A stretch of 64,000 nucleotides of DNA from Chiloscyllium plagiosum (taxonomy: Eukaryota), in NCBI RefSeq assembly GCF_004010195.1, contig NC_057719.1:36767442-36831441 (forward strand), read 5' to 3'. Under the pieces are notes generated by a model. That model made no database searches and was not told the origin of the DNA. It saw only the letters and a program-made list of their open reading frames with translations. Each line of letters begins with the position of its first letter. The first letter of the stretch is position 1. Made by a program: the position numbers and the translations under genes. Below are positions 1-10,766 of the stretch, in pieces.

Positions 1-132
1 AACAAACTGCCACGCCATGCCCCGGTCCATGCCATCCCGGGACGGTCGGGACCTCCACAGTTTGTTCTTCTTGTTTCTTAGTCTTTTTCCAAAACGTTGT
101 TCTGTATCAAAATCTTTCCTCAATTGCGATTG

Positions 133-150
133 ATCCTGCCGGGTACGCCA
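133..150 (-). other. Primer-binding site, tRNA-Ser-like, of an LTR retroelement/ERV whose internal region runs off the left edge
   Basis: Minus strand reads ...AAAACA-TTT-TGGCGTACCCGGCAGGAT; 16/18 match to TGGCGTAGTCGGCAGGAT, the complement of the vertebrate tRNA-Ser(AGA) 3' end; lies 3 nt after the LTR-terminal CA. Confidence 0.8.
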
Positions 151-153
151 AAA

Positions 154-808
154 TGTTTTAAAAAATTCTCAAGGTCAAGGACCAGGCTCGCAGGAAAGTA
201 GTCTGACACAGAACAAACAGCCAAGAGGCGAGTCTGCTAGAATATGGGCATTTTATTCCCCGCAGCGTCGCCAGAACGGGTCTGGCTTATACTCACTCTA
301 CATGTTACCGGAACTGGGAGCCGTCAGTTCTCGTAGAGCGGTTGCCAACAACCCACGCTCGGCGGTTAAACGTAACCCCGGAGCAGACTCCCGGGTCTGG
401 CTTATACTCACTCTACATGTTACCGGAACTGGGAGCCGTCAGTTCTCGTAGAGCGGTTGCCAACAACCCACGCTCGGCGGTTAAACGTAACCCCGGAGCA
501 GACTCCCGGGTCTGGCTTATACTCACTCTACATGTTACCGGAACTGGGAGCCGTCAGTTCTCGTAGAGCGGTTGCCAACAACCCACGCTCGGCGGTTAAA
601 CGTAACCCCGGAGCAGACTCTACCGAACTGGAGACTTCTCCAGCTGATATACCCTTTTCCAGATATAAACATTCATGTGAACAGCAGAGCAAGGCTAAAA
701 AACACATTCCATTCTGGTTACATACAGATAAGAAGATTCACACGGGAAGGTGTATAACAAGATTCACACGGGACCAAGCGACACCTTCCATTTTCGGTTA
801 GATTCACA
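154..808 (-). mobile_element. 5' LTR of an ERV-like element
   Basis: Minus strand starts TGTGAATC (~808) and ends ...AACA (154); AATAAA at 257-252; TATAAG in each U3 repeat; PBS follows. CpG-rich, so probably young. Right boundary uncertain by a few nt. Confidence 0.7.
277..620. repeat. Three perfect 115-bp tandem repeats inside the LTR
   Basis: Unit CGGGTCTGGCTTATACTC...GGAGCAGACTC starts at 277, 392 and 507; explains the three identical ORF starts at 342/457/572. Confidence 0.97.
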
Positions 809-2600
809 CATGTATTGGGACACAATTTTAACCCTTTCACCACAGCCAGAGAAAAGCTGAGCTGGGAGAACTGGCCACTCCCCTTTCACTATACAAGTAT
901 GGTTTTTAAACTCGGAAGCCTTTTCCTGAGGCAGTATCTGTTAGCTATAATCAAACTGGGCCTAAAACACTTTAAACCTAGACTTTTCAGAATTGCTGCT
1001 TTTATGACCTTTCTGAAAAAGAAAGCCAAGGACAGCATAGCAATGTTAAAGGAGCAGCATCATCACACATGAGAGACAAAGAAAGCATTTCAAAAATAGT
1101 TGTCATCAAGGGACAAAAGGAAGTAAGCAACTTAGCTCAATCATAAGTACTAGAGGAAAAGTACTAGCAGAACTAATAAGACTAAAAACTAAGTGTTGTT
1201 GATTTTAAAAAGAAGTAGCTGCAAAGTTATTGGATGCATTGATTGTAATTTTCCAGAATTTCTTGGATTTTGTAAAGGTGTGAACAGATTAGTGCCTATT
1301 AGGGACAAAGAGGGCTACATGCTTCAAGGTGCAAAGCTAGGCCAGAATACTTACTGAATAGCTTGTAGCATTCTTTACTACAGAAAAGAATATTAACAAA
1401 ATATTGGTAAAAGTGGAGTTGGGGATGAAAATTAATGGACAGGCAGAGTTCTCCATGTGAATTTCTGGACCAGGAACCATTTCAGCTAAAACTATCTAGT
1501 GTAGTCCAGGAGAATATTCAAAACAATTCTTGCCATATTTTAAGTTTAAATGTGCAGAAGTAACTTTCATGGTGACTCAGAGACCAAGGTTCCAGGTGAG
1601 TGAGAACAAGGTGTCAACTGTAGGGGTAGGTTGCGAGGTGAGTTAGGGTATGGGGTTGGGGGTGGATGAGATGTTGAGATGGCAAATGGGTGAGTGGAAT
1701 GGGTGACAAGTAAATCAGTTGGGGTAGAGGTGGAATATAATCTGGGGCTGCCAGAGTGGATCCAGTTGAAGGAATCCAGTCAGGAATGGTGCTCTTAGGA
1801 ATTAGGCAAGTGGTGGTAGTTGGGTCATGTCAGATTTGGGAATTGTTGTTCCATGAGTGCTTGGGTCCTTGGGAAGTTTGGGTTAAACAAAGGACTCGGT
1901 GGGGGGGGGTGTAGGAGGGATTCCTGTCACTGATAGTAGAGGAAGGAAGGGGAGGCGGGAGGAGATGTGGTTGGGAGTTGAGGGAGGGAAGGGGCATTAG
2001 TTAGGATCTAGCAGGGGTGAAGGGTTGTAAATGAGTCTATGGTGTTTGAGGGCGAGGATGCAGTATGTGGAGTTGAGGTTATTTTGCAGTGTCAGGATGC
2101 TTTGGTTCAGAGGATTTGTGGTTGGGTCAGAGCAGACCTGGTGGGGACTGGAGCCAGGAGGTGGGGGGATGGTAGACATGAGGTTGTCTCTCTGTATAGT
2201 TCAAAGAAGGGAGAGAGTGATGGTTATTGGTTTAAAAAATTAGAATTTGAAATATTGGCAATTTAAATTCCTCTTAACATTTCCTCGATAGGTACAAAGC
2301 TAATTCAGTCAGAACCCTCAGAACTCTCTGACTTCAACTCAGAGCTTCAGACAGTTCCAGAATGGGAAAATGGCAGATGGAATATAGATATGTGAGGTGA
2401 TTGCTTGTTTTAAATTACAAACAAAAATCTCTGCTGAGAGAAGCAACACTAGGCCATCACCTCCCCATAAATTTGTACCTATTTTTGACTAACAACATTC
2501 CTGTGGAGTGCTTTGAGATGTTTAAATGCAACAAAAGATGCAAGCTGTCCATGAAAGAAATGAACATGGGAGCAACCAGTTTGTTAGAGAACGTTTTGTA

Positions 2601-3310
2601 AGACTTATACACTTAATGGTAAGGTACTAGAGAGTGTTGCTGAACAAAGAGACCTTGGAGTGCACATTCATAGCTCCTTGAAAATGGAGTCACAGGTAGA
2701 TAGGATAATGAAGGCGGGCGTTTGGTATGCTTTCCTTTATTGGTCAGAGTATTGAGTACAGGAGTTGGGAGGTAATGTTGTGGCTGTCCAGGGCATTGGT
2801 TAGGCCACTGTTGGAATATTGTGTGCAATTCTGATCTCCTTCCTATCGAAAAGATGTTGTGAAACTTGAAAGGGTTCAGAAAAGATTTATAAGGATGTTG
2901 CCAGGTTTGGAGGATTTGAGCTATAGGGAGAGGTTGAATAGGCTGGGGCTGTTTTCCCTGGAGTGTCGGAGGCTGAGGGATGACCTTATATTTTATAAAA
3001 TCTTGAGGGGCATGGATAGGGTAAATAGAAAAAGTCTTTTCCCTGGGCTGGGGGAGTCTAGAACTAGAGGGTATAGGTTTAGGGTGAGAGGGGAAAGACA
3101 TAAAAGAGATTTAAGGGGCAACCTTTTCATGCATAGGGCAATATGTATATGGAATGAGCTGCCAGAGGAATTTGTGGAGGCTGGTGCAACTGCAACATTT
3201 AAAAGGCATCCGAATGGGTATATGAAAAGGAAGGGTTTGGAGGGATATGGGCTAAGTGTTAGTAAATGGGACTAGATTGGGTTGGGATATCTGGTTGGCA
3301 TGGACGAGTT
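2601..3310 (+). mobile_element. CR1/HER1-type LINE, 3' part (RT C-terminus and 3'UTR), interrupted by an HE1 SINE
   Basis: ORF 2859-3275 KLERVQKRFIRMLPGL...RTRGYRFRV...WNELPEE is the typical CR1 ORF2 C-terminus; sequence stops in the 3'UTR at GGACGAGTT. Confidence 0.92.
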
Positions 3311-3503
3311 AGATTAGATTACTTACAGTGTGGAAACAGGCCCTTCGGCCCAACAAGTCCACACCGACCCGCCGAAGCGCAACCCACCCAGACCCATTTC
3401 CCTACATTTACCCCTGCCCCTAACACTATGGGCAATTTAGCATGGCCAATTCACCTAACCTGCACATTTTTGGACTGTGGGAGGAAACCGGAGTACCCGG
3501 AGG
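3311..3503 (-). mobile_element. HE1-type V-SINE, 3' half
   Basis: V-domain and (AATCT)n tail on the minus strand; same sequence as intact copies at 59322-59650. Confidence 0.9.
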
Positions 3504-4752
3504 TAGAACCGGGCAGTGCGAGGTTCCCAGACTATGAGGTTGGAAGCTGTGGGTGGGAGATCTCCTGAGGTGATGAGGTTCTTTATGGTCTGGGAGATGA
3601 TGGTTTGGTGATGGGGATGGGGTCATGGTCGAGGGGGCAGTAGGAAGAGGTGTCCTCGAGTTGATGTTTGGCTTCAGCGGTGTAGAGGTCAGTGCGCCAG
3701 ACTACCACTGCACCCCCTTTATTCGCTGGCTTGATGGTGAGGTTGGGATTGGAGCAGAGGGATTGGAGGGCTACGCGTTGTGAGGGTGAGAGGTTGGATT
3801 GGGGGGGGGAGGTAGACAGGTTGAGGCTGTTAATGTCCCGGCGGCAGTTGGAAATGAAGAGGTCGAGGGCAGGTAATAGGCCAGCGCGGGGTGTCCAGGT
3901 GGATGCAGTGTGTTGGAGGTGGGCGAAGNNNNNNNNNNNNNNNNNNNNNNNNNNNNNNNNNNNNNNNNNNNNNNNNNNNNNNNNNNNNNNNNNNNNNNNN
4001 NNNNNNNNNNNNNNNNNNNNNNNNNNNNNNNNNNNNNNNNNNNNNNNNNNNNNNNNNNNNNNNNNNNNNNNNNNNNNNNNNNNNNNNNNNNNNNNNNNNN
4101 NNNNNNNNNNNNNNNNNNNNNNNNNNNNNNNNNNNNNNNNNNNNNNNNNNNNGGCGGAAGTCACTGAGCATGTGGCATCAGCGATGATGTGAGGGGTGGA
4201 AGTGATGTCACATGTGATGCATGAGGAATTGTGAGGGGTGGAAGTGGTTGTGGGAGTGGCCATGATGGGGGCGGAAGTGACATCATCAATCAGCGTGGGG
4301 GTGGCAGCTATAATGGCGGAATAGATTCCGAGGCCAGGGGAATTTTCTGGAATGTTTGAGGAGCGCTGGTTATGGAGGTGGATGGATAAAAGTTTGTTGT
4401 ACTTACAGTTTTTGATGTTTGAGATGGAATTGAAATACTGTTTGTTGAGAATATGAATTCTCATGAGGATGTAGTACAGAGTGGGTCCTTTGAAATTCTG
4501 AGAGAGTGTGGCCCTCAGCTGAGGCAGGGCTGACTGTAGAGAGGTTAGGTGCCGGCGCATTGCTGCAAGCGTGGAGCGGAGGATCTTGAAGGAGAACTCT
4601 TGCTGGTGTTATTGAATCTGTAGTCTGTACTGTTTGTCCTGTTCGGGTCCGAACTCTGCTGGTTTAAAGGTGGTCCGGAGTCCGTGTGGGATGAGTTGGT
4701 TATGGAGGCAGGCACTGAGGAAGCAAATGTGGCTGTGGTAGCGAGTTTGTTT
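3504..4752 (-). mobile_element. Penelope-like element, 5' ORF region (contains N-gap 3929-4152)
   Basis: ORF 3583-4560 has SNLSPSQRVALQSL...LTIKPANKGGAVVVW, the PLE 'IKPADKG' motif preceding RT. Confidence 0.88.
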
Positions 4753-4879
4753 CCCCATCCTCAACCCCCCATTATCTATTGGAGCTATTCAATTGCTGTA
4801 TAGCTCTACTCACATTTATTCTTATCTAGTAAATATTTGTGTAGCCAAATTTAGATATTTCATATCAACCTCTTTAAAG

Positions 4880-4968
4880 GAGTTATCACACACCTCTGGT
4901 GCTGGTGAGGCTTGAACCTGGACCTTCTGGCTCAAAAGTAGGGACAGACCACTGTAACACATGAGCTC
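4880..4968 (-). repeat. Single tRNA-like repeat module (same family as the 7904-8470 array)
   Basis: CACACCTCTGG...GGCTTGAACCTGG...CTGGCTCAAAAGTAGGGAC...CCACTG matches the array units. Confidence 0.7.
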
Positions 4969-5307
4969 CCATAACCAATTTACATTGTGATTAGTAATCA
5001 CTAGATAGTGTTTAGTGTCTGAATTGGGGATTGGATTTTACTTAATGATTTGACAAGAAAGAGTGTTTAGAAGAATGAGGAGCTCTAACTGAGGTAACTG
5101 AGATGGTAAAGGGGACTGACAAAGTGGACATAGAGCATATGTTTCCTCATGTTGAGGCAATATAGAATGAGAGGTCATAGTTAGGAAAGGATTAACATAT
5201 TTAAACAGAGATGAGGAGAAATTACTTCTCTCAAATGATTGTGAATCTATAAAACTCACTACCCCAGAGTATGGTGGATGCCAGGACGTTGAGTAAATTT
5301 AAGAAGC

Positions 5308-5595
5308 AGCAGCACGGTGGCTCAGTGGTTAGCACTGCTGCCTCACAGCTCCAGGGTCCCAGGTTCAATTCTAGCCTTGGGCTGTGTGGAGTTTGCACAT
5401 TCTCCCTGTGTCTGTGTGGGTTTCCTCCCACAGTCCAAAAATGTGCAGGTCAGGTGAATTGGCCATGCTAAATTGCCCATAGTGTTAGGTGTATTAGTCA
5501 GAGGGTAATAGATCTGGTTGGGTTACTCTTCGGAGGGTCGGTGTGGACTTGCTGGGCCGAAGGGCCTGTTACCACACTGTAGGGAATCTAATCTA
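5308..5595 (+). mobile_element. HE1-type V-SINE inserted in a decayed CR1 3' end (~5040-5750)
   Basis: GGTGGCTCAGTGGTTAGCACTGCTGCCTCACAG head with A/B boxes, V-domain, AATCTAATCT tail. Confidence 0.92.
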
Positions 5596-5759
5596 TAGAC
5601 AAATTGTTAATTAGTACTGGGTTAAAAATTACGGAGAACATGCAGGAAACTGGAGTGAAGGCTGAGATGAGATCAGTCACAATCATATTGAAGGACTGAG
5701 CAGATTTGATGGACTAAATTGCACATTCCTGCTTTAGTTCTTAATTCATAGTCACCTTA

Positions 5760-5937
5760 GAGTCATAGAATCGAGATGTACAGCATGGAAACAGATCCTT
5801 CAGTCCAACTGAACCACTAGTGGCACAGTGGTTAGCACTGCTGCCTCACAGCACAAGAGAGCCAGGTTCAATTCCCGCCTCAAGCGACTGACTTTGTGGA
5901 GTTTGCACATTCTCCCTGTGTCTGCATGGGTTTTCCT
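5760..5937. mobile_element. CR1 3' terminus (minus, 5760-5810) joined to an HE1 5' half (plus, 5818-5937)
   Basis: These pieces are the missing continuations of the CR1 ending at 3310 and the HE1 half at 3311-3503. Confidence 0.8.
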
Positions 5938-6978
5938 TCCCAAGATCCACAAGCCTGACCACCCACAGCTACCTGGATTACACCTCTTCCCACCCTACCT
6001 CTTGCAAAAATGCCATCCCATATTCCCAATTCCTCCGCCTCCGCCGGATCTGCTCCCAGGAGGACCAGTTCCACCACAGAACACACCAGATGGCCTCCTT
6101 CTTTAGAGACCGCAATTTCCCGTCCCACGTGGTTAAAGATGCCCTCCAACGCATCTCGTACACATCCCGCACCTCCGCCCTCAGACCCAACCCCACCAAC
6201 CGCAACAAGGACAGAACGCCCCTGGTGCTCACCTTCCACCCTACCAACCTCCGCATAAACCAAATCATCCGCCGACATTCCCCCCACCTCCAANNNNNNN
6301 NNNNNNNNNNNNNNNNNNNNNNNNNNNNNNNNNNNNNNNNNNNNNNNNNNNNNNNNNNNNNNNNNNNNNNNNNNNNNNNNNNNNNNNNNNNNNNNNNNNN
6401 NNNNNNNNNNNNNNNNNNNNNNNNNNNNNNNNNNNNNNNNNNNNNNNNNNNNNNNNNNNNNNNNNNNNNNNNNNNNNNNNNNNNNNNNNNNNNNNNNNNN
6501 NNNNNNNNNNNNNNNNNNNNNNNNNNNNNNNNNNNNNNNNNNNNNNNNNNNNNNNNNNNNNNNNNNNNNNNNNNNNNNNNNNNNNNNNNNNNNNNNNNNN
6601 NNNNNNNNNNNNNNNNNNNNNNNNNNNNNNNNNNNNNNNNNCCTCACCCTAGTTCTAAACTTCCAGCTCAGCACTGTCCTTATGACTTGTCCGGACTTGT
6701 CCTCTCCTTTTCCACCTATCCACTCCACCCTCTCCTCCCTGACCTATCACCTTCATCCCCTCCCCCACTCACCCATTGTACTCTACGCTACTTTCTCCCC
6801 ACCTTCCTCTAGCTTATCTCTCCACGCTTCAGGCTCACTGCCTTTATTCCTGATGAAGGGCTTTTGCCCGAAACGTCGATTTCGAAGCTCCTTGGATGCT
6901 GCCTGAACTGCTGTGCTCTTCCAGCACCACTAATCCAGAATCTGGTTTCCAGCATCTGCAGTCATTGTTTTTACCTCG
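5938..6978 (+). mobile_element. Penelope-like element, 3' part with terminal repeat (contains N-gap 6294-6641)
   Basis: IPYSQFLRLRRICS...DRTPLVLTFHP (RT thumb/linker) followed by the PLE terminal sequence with a hammerhead motif. Confidence 0.92.
6845..6882 (+). ncRNA. Minimal type-I hammerhead ribozyme motif (PLE-associated), intact core
   Basis: CTGATGA (6850-6856), stem II GGGC-TTTT-GCCC, GAAAC, then GTC (6875-6877); stem III reduced to the palindrome ACGT. Confidence 0.75.
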
Positions 6979-7903
6979 AACAGATAATAAGCAGAGTTAG
7001 TTAATGAGACTGGTAGTAGCAAAGTTAATGCTGCCCACCTAGTATCTGTGTTAACAAGTACTGACTATTAACCTGATCAGTGACTTGACATTGAGATTAG
7101 AAATTAGGAAGATTATTTCAAGAGCAAATCCTTATCTGCAAGTTAACAGCTTTGAATAGCAAATAGTTAAAGATTATTGATTGAATTACATGAGAAATGC
7201 ATTCCCCATCATTGGCAGATGGTAGGTGTGGGAGAAGTTCACCATGTGGAATAACTGTTGTCCCAAAGCCATAGGCTATTAATTGACTGAAAGCAGAACT
7301 TCAACCTTCTGGGTAAGGATATCCTACTGCCGAGAGCTGCTAGCCAATCAGAGGCCAGTGGTTCTCTAACACATTGTGTAACTGCAGTTTTAGAATGACT
7401 CAGTACTGTATATGTTAAGCTAATTACCTGCAACTATCTAGAAGTGGACTTTTACATATGTTGCTCTATTAGTAAAATTTCACTTTCCCTTAAACCCTTA
7501 CTTTTAATAGTGTGGTGTACAGAATAGTCAGTGAAATACTGCTTTGTCAATTGAGGGCTGAATTCATGAATGTGACAAAAGTGGGATTATCTGATCACTT
7601 TTTTTCTGAAGAAGAGATTTAATTATGCATTTAGAATTTTAAAATGGTGCAGAGCTATTGAGATGGTTTCTCATCTATTTGAAAACACTCCATTTACAGG
7701 AAAGATGAGTCAGGTTTTTCTGAATTCTCCTGTTGTTACACTGCTATTGATTTTCCATTAAGTTACAGTAACTTTTAGGTTTTGTCTTTTAAGTAAGAGT
7801 GTAAGTCCATTGAAATGCTATAAACTGATAAATTAACACCTTAAAGCAATGGTAGGTTTAGACAATCCCCCCCACTTAAAGGAGTACAATCTACCAGTGT
7901 GTA

Positions 7904-8470
7904 CTGTTCCGAGATGTTATGGCACACCTCTGGAGCAGGTGGGACTTGAACTCAGGCTTCCTGGCTCAGAGGTAGGGTCTCTATCACTGTGCTAAAAAGT
8001 CTTGCAAAAAACTTTAATTTTTTTTACATACTTCTGGACTTGAACCATCTGGTTCAAAGGTAGGGATACTATCACTGTTCCATACAAGCTTTTATAAAGG
8101 ACATTAATTTTTCTTTATTACACATCTCTGGAGCAGTGGACTTAAATCTGTGCCTCCCAGTCCAGGGGTAGGTGTACAACCACTGTGTCACACGAGGGTC
8201 CTTTTTTATTTTTAACCTATTTTCCTAATTATCCTGTTCAGAGATGTTATTACACACCACTGGAACAAATGTGACTTGAACCCAGGTCACCTGGTTCAGA
8301 AGTAGAGACACTACCACTGCACCACAAGATGGCACATAAAGAATTTTAATTGACTTTTCTAATCAACCTGTTCAGTTTAATTACACACCTCTGGAGCAGG
8401 TGGGACTTGAACCTAGATCTCTTGGTCCACAGGTACATACACTACAGCTGTGCCACAAAGGGGCCATAAA
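7904..8470 (-). repeat. Head-to-tail array of ~5 diverged tRNA-like (Pol III A/B box) modules
   Basis: Minus-strand units such as TGGTGCAGTGGTAGTGTCTCTACTTCTGAACCAGG...GGGTTCAAGTC, then CCACCTGCTCCAGAGGTGTG, separated by AT-rich spacers. Confidence 0.8.
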
Positions 8471-9139
8471 GAACTTTAATTGTTAGCAGAAAGGAACCAC
8501 TCTGACTGTGCCCTCTTTTTAAGGATCAGGAGGTTTGTAGTGGTTCAGATCTATAATTAGAAATTCCATTTGGTAGAATAGCCACAAAACAGTAAAAAGA
8601 TTACAAAGTTGGGAGGTTTATATAGATTTTAAAGAAGGACTAGTTAGCACAAATATTATTGCAAGTAGATAATTACTGGAAGAAGGTTAGTAAAACTCAT
8701 GTGATATGGAGTTGGATTAAGTAGTGCAAATATGGCTGGTTTGTAGGTGGAAGAGGTAAGGAAAGGTATGTAAAATGACTGTCACAACAGATATTTAGAA
8801 TTTTAATTACGTCTGCAGACCATATACTGAGCTTGGAATTGTAATACCAGCTAAACTTTTAATTTTAGTGATAAATACTGCAACTTCAAATTTGTTTTAT
8901 TGTAAGCTAATGTATTGGTCATTTCTGATATTTACTGTGGCACATCTATTGAAGTATAAATTATAAGATAATAATAGGTAAGAGCCCCTGCCCTAACATT
9001 TAAGATCAAAGATAGTAATTACATACCTGTATGTGAATCTTAGAAGATAGGAGGACAAGTAAAAAATGTTGTTACAAAGGCATATCATTCTTCCCCTTTG
9101 TGTCGGGATGAAATACAAACATAACCTTTTTATAAAACA

Positions 9140-10300
9140 TGGTTACATTTCAGATGGAATATTATGTTCCGTCCTGGGCACCACACTTTTTAGAAGCGGT
9201 GTTAGGACTTACAGATGGTGTAAAAGAGATTTTACTTGAAAAGGAAGAGGAATGAGGGACTTAGATTATGTGGAGGGACTGGAAAGCTGTTGTCCTACTT
9301 TTTGGTGCAGAAATGTGCAGAGACTAAATAGAGATGTTGAGAGCAGGATTCTGAAAGGATTATAGAGGTAAACACAGGTTCAAAGATTGGTGCGAGAGAA
9401 ATAGGTTTGAATTCATGGGACATTGGCACCAGTAATGGAGAAGGAGGGAGCTATCCCGATGGCTTGGGTTCATCTGTATCATGCTGGGTCTAGAATCTTA
9501 GCAACTCGCAGAACAGGGTTTTAAACCTTTAAACTAAATGGTGGCATGGTGGCTTCAGTTGCATGGAAAATTGTGGAAAAGGTATAATGGGAGAAGTGCT
9601 CAGGAGAGGTTGTTAAAGTTTCCAGAACACGTCATAGTGTATGTAAAGGGTCAGGAATCAAACTTTAGGCACAGTAGATAAATGGACTGCTAGAATAGGG
9701 GTGGTCAACACAGGGCTGAACCCTCACAGTAACCTCAAGAGAATCTGGAACAGAGTTCCAAGTCCCTTTGTTCAGATTTCCAAGGCCTTTCCCCATTCAG
9801 AAAAATAGTCCTGTACACTTTCCCACATTGTATTATATCTGCCATTTCTTTGCTCATTCTCTTAGCCTGTTCAATTCCTTCTGCAGCCTTCCTAAATTTT
9901 CAACATACCTGAACCTCCACCTATCTTTGTGCCATCTGCAAAACTAGCAACAATGCTCTCACTTCCTTTGTCTGGATCATTAAAGTATAGCATGAGTAGT
10001 TGTGGCCCCAACATTGACCCCTGTGGATCTCCACTAGTCTCTGGCTGCCATCCTGAAAAAGACCTTTTATTCATTTCGAGAGGGCTAGAATGTAAGAGTA
10101 AGGATATAATGCTGAGGCTGTGTAAGACTTTGGTCAGACTGCATTTGGAATATTGTGAGCAGTCTCGGGTCCTTTAAGGAAGAATGTGCTCACATTGGAG
10201 ACCATTCAGAGGAGGTTTACACGAATGATGGTGAAGATAAGAGGAGTGGATGAGGTCTCGATGGAACTTAGAAGGATGAGGGGGATCTCATAGAACCCTG
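9140..10300. mobile_element. Mosaic of decayed CR1 fragments (both strands), including an ORF1 SGNH-esterase-like remnant (~9385-9520)
   Basis: SGDPQGSMLGPQL...FADGTKIGG (minus), LVRLHLEYC (plus), WC..GFEFMGHWHQ-like segment. Confidence 0.7.
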
Positions 10301-10319
10301 ACAGTGCGGACAGAGCTGT

Positions 10320-10732
10320 TTGGTCCATTGATTCCGCATTGGAAACATCCAATGAAAGGAAGGGGTGGGCCGACGGATGGGGTGTGTTTACTTGTGGCTG
10401 TGTTGATTGGATGGAACTTGTGCTAAAAAAGGTTATAAACCACCTTCAGAAGGTTTCGAAATAGAAAAGCTGGAGTGCAAATGAGGGAGAGAGGGTTTGG
10501 AACAGTTGTTCGGTAAAATAAAAGACGTATGTTAAGTTGATCTTTTAGAAGTAAAAGCAGAAACCTCTATTGAGTACCAGAACGTAATTAATTGATGAAT
10601 TGCAGCTCCGTAAATATTCCGCTGACTGTATAAAGTGTTAAAGCAGTCAACAGCCGAACAGAAAAGGCCCGGCCACGGTGAGCAGCTCGATCAACAAGAC
10701 AGCCATCCTTTCATTGAGTGTTAGGAGGAGAA
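10320..10732 (+). promoter_or_regulatory. Putative SLC25A29 promoter / 5'UTR
   Basis: CCAAT/ATTGG boxes (~10338, 10350, 10406), GGGGTGGG box (~10361), TATAAA at 10629-10634, CpG-rich stretch ~10600-11230 spanning exon 1. TSS not determinable. Confidence 0.55.
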
Positions 10733-10766
10733 ATGGCATTGGATTTCGTTGCAGGATGTCTGGGAG
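10733..10766 (+). CDS. SLC25A29: SLC25A29 coding exon 1 (MALDFVAGCLG+G)
   Basis: GAAATGG Kozak context; matches the known N-terminus MALDF(L/V)AGC; donor G|GTGAGC; phase 1 fits exon 2. Confidence 0.9.

Noticed and set aside
277..620. CRISPR-like array or repeat-protein ORFs (MPTTHARR...)
   Set aside because: Units are contiguous with no unique spacers, no cas genes, eukaryotic context; the ORFs arise only from the LTR repeat and start at TTG.
3583..6812. Long ORFs of 240-325 aa as novel proteins
   Set aside because: Inflated by N-gaps; the readable parts are PLE ORF or its antisense.
7904..8470. Functional tRNA gene cluster
   Set aside because: A/B boxes are present but units are diverged, with no consistent acceptor stem or anticodon arm.
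10723..10735. Shine-Dalgarno-like AGGAGG before the ATG
   Set aside because: Spliced vertebrate nuclear gene; the Kozak context explains initiation and the match is coincidental.
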